Position numbers and translations under genes: made by a program. Shown here piece after piece: positions 42,387 to 51,971 of a stretch of DNA of 64,000 nt. Position 1 is the first letter of the stretch. Each line of letters opens with the position of its first letter. This DNA comes from Candidatus Nanoarchaeia archaeon (lineage in GTDB: Archaea > Nanobdellota > Nanobdellia > Pacearchaeales > GW2011-AR1). The notes below the pieces were generated by a model. It did no database searches. It had not been told where the DNA came from and saw only the letters and a list, made by a program, of their open reading frames with translations. The stretch is from positions 300,520-364,519 of the forward strand of contig JAQTST010000001.1 in assembly GCA_028711165.1 (NCBI GenBank), written 5' to 3'.

Positions 42387-44914
42387 CAGAAGATGAATTT
42401 ACCGACGAGGAGAAAGAAATAGAAGAAGAAATCGAAGATGAAGAAGAATTGGAAGAAAAGGAAACTAAAAAGAAACCTGTTGAAATTGTTATCGAGGATC
42501 CAAAGAGAGTAATTCCTACTGAAGTGTCTGAGGAAATGAAGAAGGCATATCTTGATTATGCGATGTCTGTTATTGTTTCGCGTGCGATTCCTGCAATTGA
42601 GGACGGAATGAAACCTGTTCAGAGAAGAATTTTATATTCAATGCATTTGATGGGACTGAAACCAGGGAGCCAGACTAAGAAATCAGCGAGGGTTGTCGGA
42701 GATGTTATTGGTAAATTCCATCCTCACGGTGATACTGCTGTTTACGACGCTATGGTAAGAATGGCACAGGATTTTTCATTGCGTTATCCTCTTGTTTTCG
42801 GGCAGGGAAATTTTGGTAGCATCGACGGAGATCCGCCAGCTGCTTATCGTTATACTGAAGCAAGACTGCAACATATTGCAATGGAATTACTTGAAGACAT
42901 TGACAAGGAAACTGTTAAGTTCACACCTAATTTTGATAATTCTCTGAAAGAACCTGACTTGCTTCCGGGAAAACTTCCGTCGCTGATGCTTAACGGTGCA
43001 ACAGGAATTGCCGTCGGTATGGCTACAAATATTCCTCCGCACAATCTCAGAGAAGTCTGTGATGCTATTGTTGCTTATGTTAAAAATGAGAATATAACTA
43101 TTGAAGAACTTTGCAATATTGTTACAGGGCCTGACTTTCCGACGGGCGGAAGTGTTTCGGGTGACATGCTTGAATTGTATAAGACAGGAAGAGGAAGATT
43201 AATTGTCAGGGGAAAAGTTTCTGTCGAGCATTTGAAAAACAAGGAAGCGATTGTCATAACTGAAATTCCTTACATGCTTAACAAGACTTCACTCGTCGAG
43301 CAGATTGCTGAATTAGTTCAAAATAAAAAACTGAAAGATCTTTCTGACTTGAGAGATGAAAGTTCGAAAGGGAAAATTAGAATTGTTCTTGAAATGCGAA
43401 AAGGTGCGAGCGCTGATTTTGTCATAAATTCTCTTTACAAATACACGAGACTGCAGGACAGCTTCAACGTGAATTTCCTTGCTCTCGTCGGCGGACAGCC
43501 AAGAATTTTGAATTTGAGAAATGTTCTTGAAGAATATGTAAAATACAGAAAAGCAATAATTACCAACAGAACAAAGTTTGAATTGAAGAAATCAAAAGAC
43601 AGACTTGAAATTGTCGACGGTTTGATAATTGCTCTGAAGAATATCGACGCTGTTATTGATTTAATCAAGAAGTCCAAGGGAACAACAGAAGCTCTCGAAG
43701 GTTTGATGAAGAAATTTAATCTCAGCAAAAAACAGGCTCAGGCAGTTTTGGAAACAAAGCTTCAGCAGTTGACTTCTCTTGAACAGGAAAAATTGAAGAA
43801 AGAACAGAAAGAATTAGTTGAGAGGATTGCAGAACTTGAAAAGATACTTTCTGATGTTAAGGAAGTTTTGAAAATAATTGTCAAAGAAGTTAATGGACTG
43901 AAAGAGAAATACGGCGATACAAGGAATACAAATGTTCTTAAGAGAATTACTGAAATTTCCGAGAGAGATTTGGTTCAGGAAAAAGAAGTTGTTGTTACAA
44001 TCACTGACAAGGGCTACTGCAAGAGAATGGATGCCAAGACTTACAAGGAACAGAAGAGGGGAGGCAAGGGAGTTATTGGAAGCAATTTAGCGACAGGAGA
44101 TTTTGTCAAGCAGATGATTGTCTGTTCAACTCATGATTATCTTATGTTTTTCACGACGAGGGGGAGAGTTTTGTGGCTGAAGACTTATGATATTCCTGAA
44201 GCAGAAAGATACAGCAAGGGAAAAGCTGTGATTAATCTTCTTGGGCTTAAAGATGAAAATGTTACAAATGTAATTTCTGTCAAGAGTTTTGATGACGATT
44301 TGTTCATGGCGACTAAGAAAGGAGTTGTCAAGAAAATTTCATTATCTGAATTTTCAAAACCAAGGGCTTCCGGGATTCACGCTATAAATCTTCCTTCTGA
44401 TAATTCTGATTCATTAATCGGAGTTGACGTTCTGAAAAAAGGACAGGAAGTTTCTCTTGCGACGAAAAAAGGAAAAGCAATAAGATTCAACAGCAATGAT
44501 GTCAGAGAAACAGGAAGAGCAAGTTATGGCGTTACAGGAATAAAGCTCGACGCTGATGATGAAGTTGTCAGTTCAGGAATTCTTAACACCGAGGCAATTT
44601 TGACTATTTCGAAAAACGGTTTTGGAAAGAGAACTGCTGTCAAGGATTACAGAAAAACAGCAAGGGCAGGAAAAGGAGTAATTAATTTGAAAGTCAGCGA
44701 GAAGACAGGAGATGTTGTTTCTACAATTTCTGTCGACGATAAAGACAGCATAATTATAACAACAGCGAAGGGAATGGTTATCAGAACTTCTCTGGAACAT
44801 ATCAGAGTTATGGGAAGAGCTGCGCAGGGAGTCAGAATTGTAAAACTTCACGAGGGAGATTATGTTACTGACATGATAAAAGTCAAAGAAGGAATTGGAG
44901 AGGAAGGGGAATAA
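42383..44914 (+). CDS. gyrA: DNA gyrase subunit A (with ~45-aa acidic N-terminal extension)
   Basis: [18 protein letters not shown], active-site region [10 protein letters not shown], and C-terminal beta-pinwheel repeats. 843 aa. Confidence 0.92.
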   Translation: MTEDEFTDEEKEIEEEIEDEEELEEKETKKKPVEIVIEDPKRVIPTEVSEEMKKAYLDYAMSVIVSRAIPAIEDGMKPVQRRILYSMHLMGLKPGSQTKKSARVVGDVIGKFHPHGDTAVYDAMVRMAQDFSLRYPLVFGQGNFGSIDGDPPAAYRYTEARLQHIAMELLEDIDKETVKFTPNFDNSLKEPDLLPGKLPSLMLNGATGIAVGMATNIPPHNLREVCDAIVAYVKNENITIEELCNIVTGPDFPTGGSVSGDMLELYKTGRGRLIVRGKVSVEHLKNKEAIVITEIPYMLNKTSLVEQIAELVQNKKLKDLSDLRDESSKGKIRIVLEMRKGASADFVINSLYKYTRLQDSFNVNFLALVGGQPRILNLRNVLEEYVKYRKAIITNRTKFELKKSKDRLEIVDGLIIALKNIDAVIDLIKKSKGTTEALEGLMKKFNLSKKQAQAVLETKLQQLTSLEQEKLKKEQKELVERIAELEKILSDVKEVLKIIVKEVNGLKEKYGDTRNTNVLKRITEISERDLVQEKEVVVTITDKGYCKRMDAKTYKEQKRGGKGVIGSNLATGDFVKQMIVCSTHDYLMFFTTRGRVLWLKTYDIPEAERYSKGKAVINLLGLKDENVTNVISVKSFDDDLFMATKKGVVKKISLSEFSKPRASGIHAINLPSDNSDSLIGVDVLKKGQEVSLATKKGKAIRFNSNDVRETGRASYGVTGIKLDADDEVVSSGILNTEAILTISKNGFGKRTAVKDYRKTARAGKGVINLKVSEKTGDVVSTISVDDKDSIIITTAKGMVIRTSLEHIRVMGRAAQGVRIVKLHEGDYVTDMIKVKEGIGEEGE

Positions 44915-45676
44915 TTATTTCCACCCCTCGCAGATATTTCTATATTCACACCAATCGCATAATCTTGTCTTATTTGCAGGAAAATCTTTTGTCTGTTCTA
45001 TTTCGTTAATTAATTCTATGACATTTTTTCTTAGTAGTTCTAATTTTTCATTTGTGCTGTTTATGCAGATTTTCATATCGTGGGCGAGGAAATGCCAAAC
45101 CATGCAGACGTTTTTGTCTTTTCCGTATCTTTCTTTTATTGCGATGGAATAGAGTGCGAGCTGTCTGCTATTTTCGATTTTGTCCCTCGACAAAACACTT
45201 GCGCTTGTTTTATAATCGTGAATTTCTATTTCGTTTTTTTCTAAATTGTGAACTAGTCTGTCTATATAACCAATTATTTTTTTATCTCCTGTTCCGTCTA
45301 AATCAATTTCAATTTTCTGTTCTGTTGCGATTGTGTTGTCTGTGAACGGCTGATGTTTCAGATAATAATTAATCAGAAATTCCACGCCCCTCTGGAAATA
45401 ATCTTCTGCTTTCATTTCTTTCCTGACAATCAGGAAATCATCGATGAAATTTTGTATCCATTTTTCTGTATAGCAGTCTATTACTTCTGTTATTGTCGGA
45501 ATTGTTTTTTCCATAACTTTTTTGTAAAGCCATTCAAGAGCTTCGTGAACTGTGCTTCCGAGATAAGCTTCAATGCTTTTTGGGATATCAGGAACTATTT
45601 TGTCAATGTACCGATATTTGAATTTTAACCTGCAATTTTCAAAAGTTTCAAGTTTCGAATGAGAATAATTCACCAT
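44915..45676 (-). CDS. PD-(D/E)XK nuclease, Cas4/RecB-like, with Cys cluster
   Basis: SHSKLETFENCRLKFKYRYI N-terminus, GYIDRL...EIHDYKTS (D...ExK core), and C-terminal CDWCEYRNIC. The four Cys fit an Fe-S cluster as in Cas4/AddB. Confidence 0.7.
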   Translation of the reverse strand: MVNYSHSKLETFENCRLKFKYRYIDKIVPDIPKSIEAYLGSTVHEALEWLYKKVMEKTIPTITEVIDCYTEKWIQNFIDDFLIVRKEMKAEDYFQRGVEFLINYYLKHQPFTDNTIATEQKIEIDLDGTGDKKIIGYIDRLVHNLEKNEIEIHDYKTSASVLSRDKIENSRQLALYSIAIKERYGKDKNVCMVWHFLAHDMKICINSTNEKLELLRKNVIELINEIEQTKDFPANKTRLCDWCEYRNICEGWK

Positions 45677-45708
45677 TAATTTTTAGAGAGATAGATAATT
45701 ATAAACAT

Positions 45709-46683
45709 TTAGGCAGTCATAAGTGCTATTGGTTCATACAAATCGCTTTTTTCACACGAGTAAGTATCACGCATTATTCTACTGACAACTTTGCTGTTTT
45801 TCAAACCATATTTTTTTGCGATGTGTGAATAAGGAATTTCTTTATCCCCGGTTAATTCTCTTTTAATCTGCTCAATTAAATTTGAATTCTTTAAATCGCG
45901 ATATGTAAGCAGATTATTTTCCTGCTTGTAATTTAAAATCTCTTTAATATTTTCTTTTTTTACTTCTCTTGTCCAATACTTTATCTTGTTTTTTGAAATC
46001 CTGCTGGCTTCTGAAAGTTCTTCTATTTTACTTTTCTTTGGGGCTTGGCTGAGAATTTTTTCTTTCAAGAAATAACTTCTGAGAAAATCGTCGTAGAATA
46101 AAACTGCTACGACTTCATTAGTTTTGCCCTCGAGATTTTTATTTTTACGGCATATTTCTCCTGCAATTTTGAATACTTTATTTTTTACATCCACTATCTC
46201 GCTTAATCTCTTTCCTGAAAAATCTTCCTGTCTGCTTATGTATTCGAGCAATGAACCTTCTGGCAAATATATCTGGCTGATTTTAATTCCATCCACTTCT
46301 GTTTCATCTCCTATTTTCGTGTTGTAAATATTTCCTTCATCGAAATCTTTTCTGTTTTCTAAATTTTCTCTCAGAACAGAATCTGATTTGATTATTTTTC
46401 TTGTCTTGGCTGCAGTATTTTTTCCAGAGAAAAAGTCCTGGGTTAATTTCCAGAGTCTAGACGGTAAATTATTCATTCCCACATTTTTGAATTCTTCAAT
46501 TGAATGGTAGAAGACAGGTTCTTTTGGCTTTTCTTTTACTTTCAGAGAAGACATAGCCTTTACTCCTATATCAACCAGATTCATTTTTTTACCTAGAGGA
46601 ATCAAAGTTCCGTTGTAGGAAGTAATGTAATCTATTTCTTTTCCTAAAATCTTTTGCAGGTTCTCATCATATATTGACATCAT
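45709..46683 (-). CDS. Hypothetical protein with two C-terminal HTH-like segments
   Basis: IEELSEASRISKNKIKYW and YSHIAKKYGLKNSKVVSRIMRD look like HTH motifs. The N-terminal ~220 aa is unrecognised. Confidence 0.4.
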   Translation of the reverse strand: MMSIYDENLQKILGKEIDYITSYNGTLIPLGKKMNLVDIGVKAMSSLKVKEKPKEPVFYHSIEEFKNVGMNNLPSRLWKLTQDFFSGKNTAAKTRKIIKSDSVLRENLENRKDFDEGNIYNTKIGDETEVDGIKISQIYLPEGSLLEYISRQEDFSGKRLSEIVDVKNKVFKIAGEICRKNKNLEGKTNEVVAVLFYDDFLRSYFLKEKILSQAPKKSKIEELSEASRISKNKIKYWTREVKKENIKEILNYKQENNLLTYRDLKNSNLIEQIKRELTGDKEIPYSHIAKKYGLKNSKVVSRIMRDTYSCEKSDLYEPIALMTA

Positions 46684-46710
46684 ATTCCTAGAAAAAATTG
46701 ATATATAAAA

Positions 46711-47529
46711 TTAATTATTCTGGATAAACTCACATTCGCTCGTCTCAGAATTCCACTTTTCAAATCCTTTGCTAATACAGCAATTATCATTTTCGCCGGG
46801 GGTTACTGTCCCGCAACTTGCTCCGACAATTCCTTCACTTTCATCATCTTTTGCCAGGAATGCCCACCAAGAATTTTTTATCTGAACTAATCTTCCTGTT
46901 TCAGGGTTAAGTTCTGCTTCTACGGAAACTTTGACTGGAAATACTGAAAATAACTTTGCCCCTTTTTCTCCCCTGTATCTGTAAATGTTATCCTCGCCAA
47001 AAGTTATACTTTCATTTTCAAGTTGCTTTTGGAGTCTTTCTCTTATTTTTTCTTTTATCTGGTCTGGAAGAAGTCTGACTCTTACAGTCTCATTATTTTT
47101 GTTGACTGCGTAGATTTTTCCGTCGGATTTGTATAATGTTACACTTGTCGAAGCATTTATTCCTTTTACCTGAATAATAATATTTCCTGATTTTCCTGCA
47201 GTAATTGTCATTTCTCTTGTGCCGTCTTCAAGAATACATTTTGTTGCACTTCCTGTACAAGTGCAATTGTTTGGACATTCTGCTGCTGAAGCAGCCGCAG
47301 CTTTTATTCTATTTCGATATTTGAATATTTTTCTGATTTGCTCATCAGTTAAATTCCCGCCTGCTCTTTCTCTAATTTTATTTTGGACTGTTGTTTCGTC
47401 GTCGGCAGCCTGTATTTGATTTGTATCATTATCATTTAATTTTTCTATTGTTTTGCTTGTCATTGCTCCTGCAGAAATTAAGCTAATCAAGAATAAAGTT
47501 ATTACTGCAAATGTCACCAATTTTTTCAT
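46711..47529 (-). CDS. Secreted Cys-containing protein
   Basis: Signal/TM MKKLVTFAVITLFLISLISAGA; a central ...NSWWAFLAKDD motif; C-terminal Cys pairs. Confidence 0.55.
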   Translation of the reverse strand: MKKLVTFAVITLFLISLISAGAMTSKTIEKLNDNDTNQIQAADDETTVQNKIRERAGGNLTDEQIRKIFKYRNRIKAAAASAAECPNNCTCTGSATKCILEDGTREMTITAGKSGNIIIQVKGINASTSVTLYKSDGKIYAVNKNNETVRVRLLPDQIKEKIRERLQKQLENESITFGEDNIYRYRGEKGAKLFSVFPVKVSVEAELNPETGRLVQIKNSWWAFLAKDDESEGIVGASCGTVTPGENDNCCISKGFEKWNSETSECEFIQNN

Positions 47530-47570
47530 GTATATTTATGTCAATCAAAATTTATAAACCTAATGAAATG

Positions 47571-48767
47571 TTATACAATTTCCCCAAACCCGATTAATCT
47601 CCAGTGTCCGCCGATATTTCTTGCAATTCCGACGTTGTCGCCTTTCATTGAAACTATTGGAATATTAAGGAAAAGTTCTGCCTCGTTTTTGTTTATCTTT
47701 TCGATTGTCCCGACGGTAATTGTTGTGTTGGCACTCAGCATCAGCATTTCTTTTGTTTTTAATGGCACGACTTCTTTGTGCTCTGAAATTCCCAGAATTT
47801 CTTCGAATAATTGTGTCTTGATTTTTATCTTGTAGCTAATCTCGGGAAGTTTTCCTTTTAATCCAGCGACGCATCCTGACAGAGAATCTGCTTTTGTAAG
47901 GAAAGGGTCTAATTCAGTTTCAATTGATATGCTTGCTCCCGGGATAACTTCATTAACAGACTGGTTCCCTCTGTGAAGCGAGAGAATTTTTGTTGTAAGA
48001 GTCTGATAAGTTTGCTGGTTTGCTTTTTTTATGCTTAATCCTGGTTTTATTTCAATTTCATCACCGACGGCTAATGTTCCTTTTTTCAGGATTCCTCCGA
48101 GGACACCGCCATGCAATTTTTCTGCGGGCAATCCGGGGCGATTAATATCAAAACTTCTTGCAATCAAAAAAATCGGTTCTGAAGAAGCATCTCTTTTTGG
48201 AATTTCAATTTTTGCAATTTCTTCAATTAATCTGTCGAGATTAATTTCCTGCTGAGCAGAAACAGGAATTATCGGGGAATTTTCTGCGATGGTTCCTTTG
48301 ACGAAATTTTTTATGTCGTTGTAATTTTTCAGCGCCTGCTCTTTTGTAGCCAAATCTATTTTATTCTGGACGATGATTATATTTTTTATTTTTTTTGCCT
48401 GAAGCGCGATGAAGTGCTCTCTTGTCTGCGGTTTTATTCCTTCGTTTGCAGCGATTACTAAAATTGCAGCGTCGATAATTGCGGCTCCCGAAAGCATTGT
48501 TGCCATGAGCATTTCGTGTCCCGGCGCGTCGATAAAACTTACATATCTGACAGGAGTTCGTTTTCCTTTGTTGTTGTAATTATTTCCTTCTTTAGAAATT
48601 ATCATGTCGGCGTAGCCGAGTTTTATTGTGATTCCTCTTTTCAATTCTTCTGAGTGCGTGTCTGGGAATTTTCCAGTCAGCTTTGCTAACAAGGTTGTTT
48701 TTCCGTGGTCAATATGTCCGACAACTCCGACGTTAAGTTCTGGAATTTGAGTTTCTTCTTTTGTCAT
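47571..48767 (-). CDS. eif2g: Translation initiation factor aIF2 gamma subunit
   Basis: VGVVGHIDHGKTTL, DAPGHE, QNKID and three-domain length. I set the start to M8 (48767) because a TATA-like box lies 29 nt upstream; the track start is 48788. Confidence 0.9.
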   Translation of the reverse strand: MTKEETQIPELNVGVVGHIDHGKTTLLAKLTGKFPDTHSEELKRGITIKLGYADMIISKEGNNYNNKGKRTPVRYVSFIDAPGHEMLMATMLSGAAIIDAAILVIAANEGIKPQTREHFIALQAKKIKNIIIVQNKIDLATKEQALKNYNDIKNFVKGTIAENSPIIPVSAQQEINLDRLIEEIAKIEIPKRDASSEPIFLIARSFDINRPGLPAEKLHGGVLGGILKKGTLAVGDEIEIKPGLSIKKANQQTYQTLTTKILSLHRGNQSVNEVIPGASISIETELDPFLTKADSLSGCVAGLKGKLPEISYKIKIKTQLFEEILGISEHKEVVPLKTKEMLMLSANTTITVGTIEKINKNEAELFLNIPIVSMKGDNVGIARNIGGHWRLIGFGEIV

Positions 48768-48827
48768 TAAAATTTGAGAAGAAATCAATTAAAAAAGGTT
48801 TGGGTAAGAAATAATTATCCAGCTCAA

Positions 48828-48888
48828 AAGACACCTTCTCGGTTTCTTTTGTAAACTTCCCCTTGTAATACTGCTCACGGCTGATTAG
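48828..48888 (+). repeat. Diverged full-length copy of the intergenic repeat, overlapping the last codons of rps6e
   Basis: AAGACACCTTCTCGGTTTCTTTTGTAAACTTCCCCTTGTAATACTGCTCACGGCTGATTAG aligns with 16690..16746. The reverse complement of the core encodes the S6e C-terminus ...APNQP*. Confidence 0.65.
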
Positions 48889-49330
48889 GCGCTTCTGCTT
48901 TTTTCTCTTTTGGCTGGTTTTGGTCGGGGAAAACTTCTGAAAGTTTTTTTCCGCCTTCTTTTAGAATCTTTAAATTAATCTGAACTATTGCCGGAGAAAT
49001 TACTTTTCCCCTAACTGTCTTTCTTAATCTAAGTCCTTTTGGGGTGAAGTTTGAAACTTTCTTTTTTCCTTCTCTTCTTGGGCGTCTGTGCATTCCTTTT
49101 CCGTAGCTTAATAACAATTTTTTTAATCCTGTTCCTTCGACATTTTCCATTGATGTGAAACCTGATGTGTCGCTTGCGCCTGTGATTTCAAATTCGTATC
49201 CGCTTAAATCTGTTGATATGTCTTTGCCTTCTAATTTGTCGTGAAGCTCTTTCCCCATAAGCTCTTCGCTTTCAAGCTCCAAGTGGTAAGTCTTTCCGTT
49301 TTTCTCTGCGATGTTTATCTTGAATACCAT
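48875..49330 (-). CDS. rps6e: Ribosomal protein S6e
   Basis: MVFKINIAEKNGKTYHLE...GFTSMENVEG...RLRKTVRG is the S6e pattern. TTTAAAAA box 29 nt upstream. Confidence 0.9.
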   Translation of the reverse strand: MVFKINIAEKNGKTYHLELESEELMGKELHDKLEGKDISTDLSGYEFEITGASDTSGFTSMENVEGTGLKKLLLSYGKGMHRRPRREGKKKVSNFTPKGLRLRKTVRGKVISPAIVQINLKILKEGGKKLSEVFPDQNQPKEKKAEAPNQP

Positions 49331-49447
49331 AAGAATTAGTTGGAAAAGTGGTTTTTAAAGATTTTGGGGTGGGGGGAATTGGGAAAGATTTCAAGCATTA
49401 TAATGCTTTTAAATAAAGTTTATAAATCAAAAAATTATGAATATTAT

Positions 49448-49690
49448 ATGAATCAAGAAGAAATTATTCTTCAAAAATTTGATACTTTTGAGAATGGTTC
49501 TAAATTTATTTCAGAAAATTTTCAGAACTTACAAAAAAATTATGGAGATAAATTTATAGCAGTTAAAGAAGATAAAATTTTATTTAATTCAGATTCTTTT
49601 GAAACCTTATTAGAAAAATTAAAAAAATTTCAATTAAATGATATAATTATTCAATTTATTCCTGTAAAAGGAGAAATTATTTTATATTAA
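49448..49690 (+). CDS. Small protein (80 aa), DUF5678-like, upstream partner of the aspartic protease
   Basis: NYGDKFIAVKEDKILFNSDSFETLLEKLKK pattern. I moved the start to the ATG at 49448 because TTTATAAA lies exactly 29 nt upstream. Confidence 0.45.
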   Translation: MNQEEIILQKFDTFENGSKFISENFQNLQKNYGDKFIAVKEDKILFNSDSFETLLEKLKKFQLNDIIIQFIPVKGEIILY

Positions 49691-49705
49691 TAAATTATTA
49701 TTACT

Positions 49706-50167
49706 ATGATTTTTAATCTTGAATTAATTAAGACAAAAGATGCAGAAAGAGTCATATTTAATATTTTTTCTATGTATCCCCGATGTATTGGTGGTATATT
49801 TACTATTTTAGATACTGGAAGTCCCAGAACAATTATATCTGCTGCTGATGCTTTTAGATTAAAAATACCTGTAAATGGTTTAGAAGATTCTCGACCTGCT
49901 TGTGGTTTTGGTAGAGGGGGAATACCTTGTAAAATTTTACATAATTTTAAATTTAATATTAAATCTCCCGATAACAAAACTAGACTTGTAGAAATGCCCG
50001 TTCATGTTGTAGATATAACTGCTCTTAAAAAAATGAATAAAGATTTAATAGATAATGCCTTTAAAGTACCTTCAGTAATTGGTATAGATTTTTTGCGAAG
50101 TCAAAAACTTAAAATGATTGTTGATTTTGAAAATGATTCTTCCTCTTATCTTGAAGAATTGAAATAA
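49706..50167 (+). CDS. Retropepsin-like (clan AA) aspartic protease
   Basis: Catalytic ILDTGSPRTII (D-T-G-S) and the downstream VIGIDFL motif. The ~150-aa single-lobe size implies a homodimer. Confidence 0.7.
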   Translation: MIFNLELIKTKDAERVIFNIFSMYPRCIGGIFTILDTGSPRTIISAADAFRLKIPVNGLEDSRPACGFGRGGIPCKILHNFKFNIKSPDNKTRLVEMPVHVVDITALKKMNKDLIDNAFKVPSVIGIDFLRSQKLKMIVDFENDSSSYLEELK

Positions 50168-50176
50168 ATAAAAAAT

Positions 50177-51931
50177 TTATTTTCCCCACTCTTCATTCCC
50201 TTTCTTCTTCCGTTTTATCTCGGCGATTTCGCTCAGAATTTTCATTTCTGCTGAAGATAAAAGTTCTTTATTTTTCTTGAAAGCTCTGAACTGCTTTTCC
50301 CCGATGTTAGAATAAAGGAATTGCCTGTCTTTGAGTTCTCTTTCAAAATTAACTCCTGGAATTGAGATTGCAACTTCCATTCCTTCGAAAGCTTCCTTTA
50401 CAGATTTTTTATCTGCTTCAATATTTTTTATTCTTCCGACATCTTCATTTTCCTCACTCATGAAATTTGTCGTCGGTGTCAGTTTCCCTGCTTCAACTTT
50501 CACGCCAAAAATTGCGGGCTTTGTATTCCTGAAAACATACTGCGGAAGAATTCTTAATTTGCACAAAGTAGCAAGCTCCATAAGTTTTGCTTTTTCTATG
50601 TCGTTCTTTTTCTGCATTCTGAATTCCACGAGATTGTCAATTAACTTGTAAATAACTTCGTCTGTCAAAACTTTTATTCCTGAATTTGCAAAAAGCTCTT
50701 TCGCGTCCTCGCTGATTTGCACATTGAATCCGAGAACAATTGCGTCGAGCTCGTCAATTTCAAGGTTTGCTTTTGCATTTGAGAAATCGTTTTTATTTAT
50801 GTTTCCGATTCCAGCTTTAAGGACAGGAACATTTGCCTGCTTCAGCAAAACCAGCAGCGCTTCCAAACTTCCAAGAGAATCTGCTTTTGCAATAATTCCT
50901 TTTTTGTCTGTTTTTATATTTTCTGTAATTTCTCTCTTGAAAATTTCTTTTACTTTTTCTTCGTTGTTTGAGTAAGCAAGGAAAGGCATTCCCGGGAGAA
51001 CGTCAATTTTTTCGCTGAACTGCATTCTCAACCCTGTCGCCGCGTGAACTTTTTCTTTCATCTTGAATCTGATACTTAACGGCTCGATTTCTTCGATAAC
51101 ACGGACTCTTGTGATTATGGGATTTCCTTCAATATTTGCAACTGCAACTTCGTCATTTTTTGTGAGTTCTCCGTCGTAAAGAACTGCTTCTGCATAATCA
51201 TTTGACTTGTCTTTTTTCACTTCGAGAATAACTCCTTTTGCTTCTCTACCAAGCTTTAATTTTTCTGTCAAGTATTTTTGTGAAAGTCCGCAGAGCATCA
51301 TCATCAGCTCGCTCATTCCTTCGCCTGTTCTTGCTGAACAAGGAACCAGTGCAATTTTTTTTGTGAAGTCAGTTATGTTGTAAAATAAATCTGCTTCAAA
51401 TCCGTGAGAACTCAAAGCACCAGCGATTGTCATATATCTCTCGTCGAAAATTGGCTTTACATTTATTGGCTGGGTTTCAATATTTCTTTGTAAACTTATT
51501 TTATCATCTTTATTAGTTCTCCATCCTGAAATGTTGTCAATTTTATTCAGTGCAATTATGAAAGGAGTTTTGTTGTGCTTCAAAATCTGGATTACTTCTG
51601 CTGTCTGCGGTTTTATTCCTTCATTAATGTCAATCACGAGAATTGCCAAATCAGCCAAACTTCCTCCACGTTTTCTTAAATTTGTAAACGCTGCGTGTCC
51701 TGGCGTGTCGATAAATAAGAAACCAGGAATTTCTAATTTGACTCCTGATTTTGTTATCAGCGGGAAAGTTTTTTCAATTTGGCTTTTTGGATAAAGTGTG
51801 AAAGAAATTTTTTGAGTTATTCCTCCTGCTTCCATTTCCTGAAGAGAGGACTTCCTAAAAAAATCCAAAATACTGGTTTTCCCGTGGTCAACGTGCCCGC
51901 AGATTGTTACGATTGGCTGTCTGATTGTCAT
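50177..51931 (-). CDS. infB: Translation initiation factor aIF5B (IF2-like GTPase)
   Basis: ICGHVDHGKTS, DTPGH, NKID and four-domain length. I set the start at MTIRQPIV (51931) to avoid a 92-nt overlap with the upstream gene. Confidence 0.9.
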   Translation of the reverse strand: MTIRQPIVTICGHVDHGKTSILDFFRKSSLQEMEAGGITQKISFTLYPKSQIEKTFPLITKSGVKLEIPGFLFIDTPGHAAFTNLRKRGGSLADLAILVIDINEGIKPQTAEVIQILKHNKTPFIIALNKIDNISGWRTNKDDKISLQRNIETQPINVKPIFDERYMTIAGALSSHGFEADLFYNITDFTKKIALVPCSARTGEGMSELMMMLCGLSQKYLTEKLKLGREAKGVILEVKKDKSNDYAEAVLYDGELTKNDEVAVANIEGNPIITRVRVIEEIEPLSIRFKMKEKVHAATGLRMQFSEKIDVLPGMPFLAYSNNEEKVKEIFKREITENIKTDKKGIIAKADSLGSLEALLVLLKQANVPVLKAGIGNINKNDFSNAKANLEIDELDAIVLGFNVQISEDAKELFANSGIKVLTDEVIYKLIDNLVEFRMQKKNDIEKAKLMELATLCKLRILPQYVFRNTKPAIFGVKVEAGKLTPTTNFMSEENEDVGRIKNIEADKKSVKEAFEGMEVAISIPGVNFERELKDRQFLYSNIGEKQFRAFKKNKELLSSAEMKILSEIAEIKRKKKGNEEWGK

Positions 51932-51971
51932 GCAAATAATAGATAGAATTAAGTTAAAAGGCTTTTGATGG

